Below the pieces are notes generated by a model, which ran no database searches, was not told the origin of the DNA, and saw only the letters and a list, made by a program, of their open reading frames with translations. 41,351 nucleotides of DNA from a virus (Duplodnaviria; Heunggongvirae; Uroviricota; Caudoviricetes): the IMG/VR virus record IMGVR_UViG_2541047933_000011; one strand, written 5' to 3'. Positions 36,042 through 41,351 of the stretch are shown here, piece by piece; the stretch's first letter is position 1, and every line of letters begins with the position of its first letter. Position numbers and translations under genes: made by a program.

Positions 36042-36066
36042 AAGCCGCCTCATGCGGCTTTTTTAT
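36042..36066 (+). terminator. rho-independent terminator after repressor gene
   Basis: AAGCCGC-ctcat-GCGGCTT followed by TTTTATT. Confidence 0.6.
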
Positions 36067-36076
36067 TGCCAGATAG

Positions 36077-36093
36077 ATTACCTTACGGGTAAT
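36077..36093. promoter_or_regulatory. operator-like palindrome ATTACC-ttacg-GGTAAT (perfect)
   Basis: exact; 19 bp upstream of TTGACA -35. Confidence 0.6.
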
Positions 36094-36111
36094 TTTTTTA
36101 ACTCATATCTA

Positions 36112-36140
36112 TTGACACCAAACCAAATAAGCATAATTAT
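36112..36140 (+). promoter_or_regulatory. candidate early promoter (PL analogue): TTGACA -35 with AT-rich -10
   Basis: TTGACA at 36112-36117; -10 candidates at 36133-36140; flanked by operators 36077 and 36139. Confidence 0.5.
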
Positions 36141-36155
36141 TACCTCAACGGTAAC
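36139..36155. promoter_or_regulatory. operator-like palindrome ATTACC-tcaac-GGTAAc
   Basis: core exact; overlaps -10 and start region; 19 bp upstream of ATG 36174. Confidence 0.55.
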
Positions 36156-36173
36156 AGACCGAGGTAACAAGTT

Positions 36174-36326
36174 ATGCAGTGGAAAATCATCAACGGTTGG
36201 TACTGCGTTACTGCATGCGGATTCATGAGCTGGAAGTTCCGCACCTTACAGGAAGGCATTAAGTGGGCTTTCGTCAGCAAAGAAGCTCGCGATGTAGCCA
36301 ACGATAACGAGATATGGGAGGGCTGA
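36174..36326 (+). CDS. small ORF (50 aa), hypothetical
   Basis: GAGG RBS 7 nt upstream; first ORF after the promoter; below the ORF-track size cutoff. Confidence 0.35.
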   Translation: MQWKIINGWYCVTACGFMSWKFRTLQEGIKWAFVSKEARDVANDNEIWEG

Positions 36327-36328
36327 TA

Positions 36329-36628
36329 ATGAACGTTAATCAGCAGAAAAATCTTCAAAAAATCATGCTGGCATTCGACAAGGACTACCGCCTGTCAGAA
36401 CAGCTATATGACCGACAAGTTGAACTGATTGAGAGCATCCGACTTCATCAACTGTCCTCAACTTTCGACGTTGTAACAGGCAAAGGCGTTCGTCAGGAAG
36501 TGCTGGAGGCTGCTAAAGACAGCCCTGAGTTCGAAGAACTGATAGATTCCTACCGGCGCGAGGCAATGGCAATTATCGCCCGCTGGGATCTGGCGGATCG
36601 GATTGATGGGCAGAGGGAAGCGGCATGA
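36329..36628 (+). CDS. hypothetical early protein
   Basis: 99 aa from ATG 36329 with GGGAGGG RBS; stop overlaps exonuclease start. Confidence 0.5.
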   Translation: MNVNQQKNLQKIMLAFDKDYRLSEQLYDRQVELIESIRLHQLSSTFDVVTGKGVRQEVLEAAKDSPEFEELIDSYRREAMAIIARWDLADRIDGQREAA

Positions 36629-37524
36629 TGCAGAACGCTGGAATCATGGATAGAACAAAATACATCGGAGGAAGCGATGTTGCAGGGATTCTTGGAATTA
36701 GCCCATGGCGCACCCCGCTTGAGGTTTATCTGGATAAGGTCCAGCCACGTGTCAAACCAGTAGACCAAAGCAAGCAGAAAGTTTTCACGCGTGGCCAGCG
36801 TATGGAGCCATACGTAATAGACCTGCTTTCTGAGGAAACAGGGATGGAAATCGTTCATCGCGGAAACCGCTATATCCACCGTGATTACGATTTTATTGCA
36901 GCTGAGATCGATGCAGAAGCAGCGTCAGGCGAGAACATTGAGATCAAAACAGTTAGTCCGTTCAAAGCCAAAGAATGGGGAGAAATCCAGACAGATGCAA
37001 TTCCTGTGCATTACACGGCCCAGGCCATGCACGGGTTGATGGTTACAAACAAACAGGTATGCGTTTTCGGTGTGCTTATCGGTGGCGACGACTTCCGAAT
37101 CTATCGGGTTGAGCGTGATGAAGAAACTATCCAGGCGATCTTAGAAAAAGAAATCGCTTTCTGGGACCGAGTGAAAAATCTTAACCCGCCGGAAGCTACC
37201 AGCGTAAGCGATGTATCGCTGATGTTTGAGAAAGATGCCGGGACAAGTATCGAGGCTGACGGAAAGGCACTCGCACTATTCAACGATCTACGAGACATGA
37301 AGTCACGCAGAAAATCACTGGAAGAAGAAATAGCTATATCAGAAGAGAAGCTGAAGATGTACATGCAAGAGCACTCAGTCCTGACCCTGGACGGAAAGCC
37401 GCTCTGCACATGGAAATCTCAGATCAGCAACAGATTCGACCAGAAGCTATTCCAGTCAGTACACCCTGAGTTATTCGAAAAATTCAAAACAACAACGACA
37501 CAACGCGTCTTCAGAATGAAGTAA
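36625..37524 (+). CDS. YqaJ-type recombination exonuclease
   Basis: 299 aa; N-terminal GGSDVAGILGISPWRTP; paired with RecT. Confidence 0.8.
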   Translation: MMQNAGIMDRTKYIGGSDVAGILGISPWRTPLEVYLDKVQPRVKPVDQSKQKVFTRGQRMEPYVIDLLSEETGMEIVHRGNRYIHRDYDFIAAEIDAEAASGENIEIKTVSPFKAKEWGEIQTDAIPVHYTAQAMHGLMVTNKQVCVFGVLIGGDDFRIYRVERDEETIQAILEKEIAFWDRVKNLNPPEATSVSDVSLMFEKDAGTSIEADGKALALFNDLRDMKSRRKSLEEEIAISEEKLKMYMQEHSVLTLDGKPLCTWKSQISNRFDQKLFQSVHPELFEKFKTTTTQRVFRMK

Positions 37525-37533
37525 GGAGAAAAA

Positions 37534-38556
37534 ATGTCTATCAATGCACTTAAGGCAGCGGCTACCGGTAACCAAGTTGCACATCATAATGAGAAACCAA
37601 CAACTCTGGCCGGACTTCTGGCAGACCCAAAAATTAAAGCTCAGATGGCTTTGGCACTTCCAAAGCACATGACAGCAGACCGTCTGGCGCGCATAGCAAC
37701 CACAGAGATCCGAAAGGTTCCAAAACTTGCATCATGCGACCAAGCCAGCTTCCTGGGGGCAATTATGCAATGTGCCCAATTGGGTCTTGAACCAGGCGGA
37801 GCTCTTGGACACGCTTACCTGATACCGTTCGACAAACGCCAGAAAGTAAATGGAAGATGGGAAACCGTATCTACAGAAGCACAGCTGATTATCGGCTATC
37901 GCGGAATGATTGACCTTGCCCGCCGCTCTGGGCAGATCCTGAGTATCTCGGCTCGTACCGTACATACAAACGACAAATTCAGCTACTCATACGGCCTGGA
38001 AGAAACGCTCGAGCATTTACCTTGCGAAACAGGTGACCGCGGAGAATTAACGCACGTTTACGCCGTTGCACGACTGAAAGATGGCGGAGTCCAATTTGAA
38101 GTTATGAGCCGGGCAGACATTGAGAAAGTTCGTGCACTGAGCAAAGCCGGTAGCAGTGGCCCATGGGTTGATCACTTCGATGAGATGGCTAAAAAAACAG
38201 TAATTCGCCGACTATTCAAATATCTTCCTGTTTCTATTGAAATGCAGAAGGCTGTTGTTATGGATGAGCGCGCTGAAGCTGGACTTAGCCAAGATAACGC
38301 AGCTGTTATCACTGGTGAATATTCCGTAGTTGACGATGAGCGTCAACACCTGTCGCCAATTTCAGATTCAGAACGAGAAGAAGCTCGAGAATATATCATC
38401 GCGATACTTAATAGCCTGGATCCATCTGCTGAAGATGCAAAAACGATGTTCAAGCGCGCTGAAAATGAGATTAACACCATGGCTGAAAAGCTCGGTGATG
38501 AATATCACCAAAAATTCATGATGACGCTTAACGATATGCGTCCAGAATTCGAGTAA
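37534..38556 (+). CDS. recT: RecT single-strand annealing recombinase
   Basis: 340 aa; AAGGAG RBS; long stretches close to E. coli Rac RecT (IATTEIRKVP; LIIGYRGMIDLARRSGQI; THVYAVARLKDGG; GPWV; MAKKT.IRRLFKYLPVSIE). Confidence 0.9.
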   Translation: MSINALKAAATGNQVAHHNEKPTTLAGLLADPKIKAQMALALPKHMTADRLARIATTEIRKVPKLASCDQASFLGAIMQCAQLGLEPGGALGHAYLIPFDKRQKVNGRWETVSTEAQLIIGYRGMIDLARRSGQILSISARTVHTNDKFSYSYGLEETLEHLPCETGDRGELTHVYAVARLKDGGVQFEVMSRADIEKVRALSKAGSSGPWVDHFDEMAKKTVIRRLFKYLPVSIEMQKAVVMDERAEAGLSQDNAAVITGEYSVVDDERQHLSPISDSEREEAREYIIAILNSLDPSAEDAKTMFKRAENEINTMAEKLGDEYHQKFMMTLNDMRPEFE

Positions 38557-38605
38557 CCACCACCGCGGTGCCACACGCGCCGCACTGCAACCAAGAGAGG
38601 TATTT

Positions 38606-38854
38606 ATGAAAGGTGCATTAGGTAAGAAGGAACTCCTGGCGGTGGTGCCACTGTCATGGAGCACTATCGACCGTATGGAGCGCGCAGGGGAATTTCCTAA
38701 ACGCTGGTATATCACTGACAAACGCTGCGCATGGAACCGTGACGAAGTTGAGCGTTGGCTTGATGAACGTCAGGCAGCAAGCCCGGCAGAGTTCCAGGGT
38801 AAAAAACCTCCTGTTCAGCAACGTGTATATCGTCCCGTGAGCAACGCTGCATGA
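38606..38854 (+). CDS. AlpA-family HTH regulator / excisionase candidate
   Basis: 82 aa; LLAVVPLSWSTIDRMERAGEFPKRW matches AlpA/Xis-type HTH pattern; upstream of integrase. Confidence 0.65.
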   Translation: MKGALGKKELLAVVPLSWSTIDRMERAGEFPKRWYITDKRCAWNRDEVERWLDERQAASPAEFQGKKPPVQQRVYRPVSNAA

Positions 38855-38963
38855 GTGCGCTGCTAAGGAACTGGATCAAATGGTCAGGATGGTACTTATT
38901 CCTGGCCTCTGTTTCAGCATGGCTTTATCTGCTGGCATTAATTTTCAGAGAGGGTTGGATTAA

Positions 38964-39263
38964 GTGAGAAAGTTAAGCCGACTTGAAAAATATCACATGA
39001 ATAAGGTTTCAATGCGCAGTCCGTCAAAGATTGTCGCCGTTACTCCTGCGGCGATAGAGATCGAAAAACGCGCGATTGAAAGAGAGAAAAAAGGGCAGTT
39101 CCGCATTGCCGCTCACCTTTGGCTTCAGTGTATGGATGTTGCTTCTGGTGATGTTGAGCGTGCAAGGATCGCGGTTCGCAGGGACCAATGTATCACAAAA
39201 GGTAACGGCCTTCGCCGTGGAGACTATAGCGGTATAGGATGTTGCGGGGTGGTTTATGACTAA
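38964..39263 (+). CDS. PerC-family-like transcriptional regulator (tentative)
   Basis: 99 aa; FRIAAHLWLQCMDV...RRDQC resembles PerC/Pch signature (recalled); start uncertain (GTG 38964 or ATG 38997). Confidence 0.4.
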   Translation: MRKLSRLEKYHMNKVSMRSPSKIVAVTPAAIEIEKRAIEREKKGQFRIAAHLWLQCMDVASGDVERARIAVRRDQCITKGNGLRRGDYSGIGCCGVVYD

Positions 39264-39906
39264 GAAATACACACTAATCTATGCAGATCCACCCTGGGTA
39301 TACCGGGACAAAGCCGCAGATGGTAATCGCGGTGCCGGTTTTAAATATCCGGTTATGAGTGTGCTGGATATCTGCCGCCTTCCTGTGTGGGATTTGGCCG
39401 ATGAAAACTGTCTGTTGGCCATGTGGTGGGTGCCAACACAACCACTCGAAGCACTAAAAGTTGTTGAAGCCTGGGGATTCCGTCTGATGACGATGAAGGG
39501 CTTCACGTGGATAAAATGTGGTAGTCGACAACCAGATAAACTGGTTATGGGTATGGGACACATGACTCGCGCCAATAGTGAAGATTGCCTGTTTGCGGTA
39601 AAGGGAAAACTACCTACGCGCATTAATGCAGGGATCGTTCAGTCATTTACCGCACCGCGGCTTGAGCATTCAAGAAAGCCAGATATCGTTCGTGAAAAAC
39701 TTGTGCAATTATTAGGCGATGTTTCTCGCATTGAACTGTTCGCCCGCCAGACGTCTCATGGCTTCGATGTTTGGGGTAATCAGTGCGAAGACCCGGCAGT
39801 GCAACTACACCCTGGATACGCGTTGGATATTGGCGGATTAACAAATGCATTCAGCAATGCTCCGCTGTCACCAACAGACAACCAGGGGCGGGAGCGTGCT
39901 GCATGA
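39256..39906 (+). CDS. MT-A70 family N6-adenine DNA methyltransferase (orphan)
   Basis: 216 aa; catalytic DPPW in IYADPPWVY; GGGGTGG RBS. Confidence 0.8.
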   Translation: MTKKYTLIYADPPWVYRDKAADGNRGAGFKYPVMSVLDICRLPVWDLADENCLLAMWWVPTQPLEALKVVEAWGFRLMTMKGFTWIKCGSRQPDKLVMGMGHMTRANSEDCLFAVKGKLPTRINAGIVQSFTAPRLEHSRKPDIVREKLVQLLGDVSRIELFARQTSHGFDVWGNQCEDPAVQLHPGYALDIGGLTNAFSNAPLSPTDNQGRERAA

Positions 39907-40097
39907 ACAGGGCATCACCAGCAGATTTAAGAAAATGCCTTGAAACTGCAAACATGCTTGCACACAGCGGGATCAGGTTTGTTCCAATTCCCGCTGTCAC
40001 TGATGCTGAATTTGCAACACTGTCAGCAATATTCGAAAACAAAATTGAATCACTGGCAGCAGAAGCAGAGATGGAAGAAAATCAGCAGAACTATTAA
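39903..40097 (+). CDS. small protein translationally coupled to methyltransferase
   Basis: 64 aa; ATGA overlap with methylase stop; convergent with integrase. Confidence 0.45.
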   Translation: MNRASPADLRKCLETANMLAHSGIRFVPIPAVTDAEFATLSAIFENKIESLAAEAEMEENQQNY

Positions 40098-40100
40098 ACG

Positions 40101-41351
40101 TTATTCCCCCGCCATCCACTTCTCAAACTTCGACGGGGAGAACGGAATCAGATCCGTATGCTCCCCGTCAATCCATGAATCAATCATATCGGCCCACTGC
40201 TGCAACATGTAGGCGCGCTGTCTGGCGTATTCCGCTTTGTTATATACGGCGCGCACACCTTTCTGCTCATGTGCCAGAGCCTTTTCAATCCAGTCTGAAG
40301 GATAACCAGCCTCATGCAACAACGTACTGGCTGTACGGCGCATATCATGTACAGTGAAGTCCTGAATATGCTCACCATCTTCATTTATTATTTTCACCGT
40401 TCTGTCGATCAGAGAGTTCAGCGCGGCATTAGATAATGGCTTCCGGAAATTGTAACGACCAGGAACCAGATATTCACTTCCACCAGCGCACATCTGCAAC
40501 CCGACCAATATATCCTGTGCCTGTTTAGGCAGGTAAATAACGTGCGCCCGGCTTCCCTTCATGCGGTCTGGAGGAATTGTCCATGTCCATTTTTTAAAAT
40601 CTATTTCATCCCACGTTGCATTGGTGAATTCGCCCTTACGAACCATAGTGATAAGCACCAGTTTTAAAGCCATTTTCATAGTGCCCATAGCACCAATGGC
40701 ATCCAGCGTGCGGAAGAACAGGCCAATTTCTTCTGGTGTCAGTGTTCGCTCTCGTGGTTTAAATATGGCGATAGACGAAGGTTTAATGTCAGCCGCAGGA
40801 TTAAACAAACCATGACCACGGTCATTGGCGTGACGGTATACGCTACTGATGATCTCCCTGGCCTGCACTGCTGTTGCCCGGCCACCGCGTTCGACAATCC
40901 GGTCACACAAATCACGAACCATTGATGTGGTAATTTCAGCCATCATTTTATTGCCAAGAACCGGAAGTATGTCACGGTCGATCACCGCCTGTTTCATTGC
41001 GCGGGTACTGTCAGCCAGGATGACGTGTTTCATATAACTGTCGGTATGTACCGCAAACGTCTCGGCACCACGAATCTTTTTGATACCGTCACGTTTAGCC
41101 GCAGCCGGCGACTGGCCTGCTTTAAGCAGCTTCTTTGCAGCAATCAGTTCTTCTCGCGCTTCTGCCAGGCTGATACCGTCACGCCCATACTGCCCGATTA
41201 CCAGTGTTTCGCGGCGACCGTTGATACGGTAGTCATAGCGAAACGAGACCGTACCTGACGTAAGCACAGCTACATACAGCCCGTCACGATCGGAAACTTT
41301 GTACAGTTTGTCCTGTGGCTTGAGGTTCTTTAATTTTGTATCGGTAAGCAC
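40101..41351 (-). CDS. int: tyrosine integrase, P4-type; 5' end at window edge
   Basis: 416 aa; N-terminus LTDTKLKNLKPQDKLYKVSDRDGLY (P4-type arm-binding domain); catalytic region HDMRRT...VYNKAEY; begins at a GTG on the last base of the window so the true start may lie beyond. Confidence 0.9.
   Translation of the reverse strand: MLTDTKLKNLKPQDKLYKVSDRDGLYVAVLTSGTVSFRYDYRINGRRETLVIGQYGRDGISLAEAREELIAAKKLLKAGQSPAAAKRDGIKKIRGAETFAVHTDSYMKHVILADSTRAMKQAVIDRDILPVLGNKMMAEITTSMVRDLCDRIVERGGRATAVQAREIISSVYRHANDRGHGLFNPAADIKPSSIAIFKPRERTLTPEEIGLFFRTLDAIGAMGTMKMALKLVLITMVRKGEFTNATWDEIDFKKWTWTIPPDRMKGSRAHVIYLPKQAQDILVGLQMCAGGSEYLVPGRYNFRKPLSNAALNSLIDRTVKIINEDGEHIQDFTVHDMRRTASTLLHEAGYPSDWIEKALAHEQKGVRAVYNKAEYARQRAYMLQQWADMIDSWIDGEHTDLIPFSPSKFEKWMAGE

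Larger units (their letters stand above)
1141..41351. mobile_element. temperate prophage (podovirus-type structural module, lambdoid early region, P4-type integrase); right end beyond window
   Basis: continuous phage gene content from Rz/Rz1 to integrase; att sites not identifiable within window. Confidence 0.85.

Overview
The window is dominated by one temperate prophage running from about 1.14 kb to beyond the right edge, flanked on the left by two envelope-protein genes and a bidirectional terminator. All family assignments are from reading the translations and recalling families; no database search was run. Layout, left to right: (i) lysis cassette on the minus strand (holin, second membrane protein, GH19-like endolysin, Rz with embedded Rz1); (ii) tail spike with T7 gp17-like N-terminus, sialidase-type Asp-boxes and a C-terminal S74-like chaperone domain; (iii) an accessory island at 6.5-10.6 kb in the position of the P22 immI region (LexA-boxed small antirepressor-domain gene, membrane zinc-ribbon protein, Bro-N antirepressor, hydrophobic peptide plus 3-TM partner, small secreted peptide, secreted ankyrin-like protein); (iv) a translationally coupled podovirus-type structural operon (portal, scaffold, capsid, tail hub proteins, internal virion proteins); (v) a tRNA-Arg(UCU) and a gp49-like gene inserted between terL and portal; (vi) terS/terL; (vii) a lambdoid early region (nin-like genes, P, O with in-gene iterons, cro-like and dual-HTH repressor genes, YqaJ exonuclease, RecT, AlpA, PerC-like regulator, MT-A70 methylase) ending at a P4-type integrase cut by the window edge. 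The most striking signal is a 17-bp inverted repeat A-TTACC-N5-GGTAA-T present in 11 exact and 3 degenerate copies, all intergenic, at the immunity operators and also in front of late, accessory and internal early genes. The second is a near-consensus LexA box directly upstream of a small gene homologous to the C-terminal domain of the Bro-N antirepressor, paired with a repressor that has no peptidase domain.
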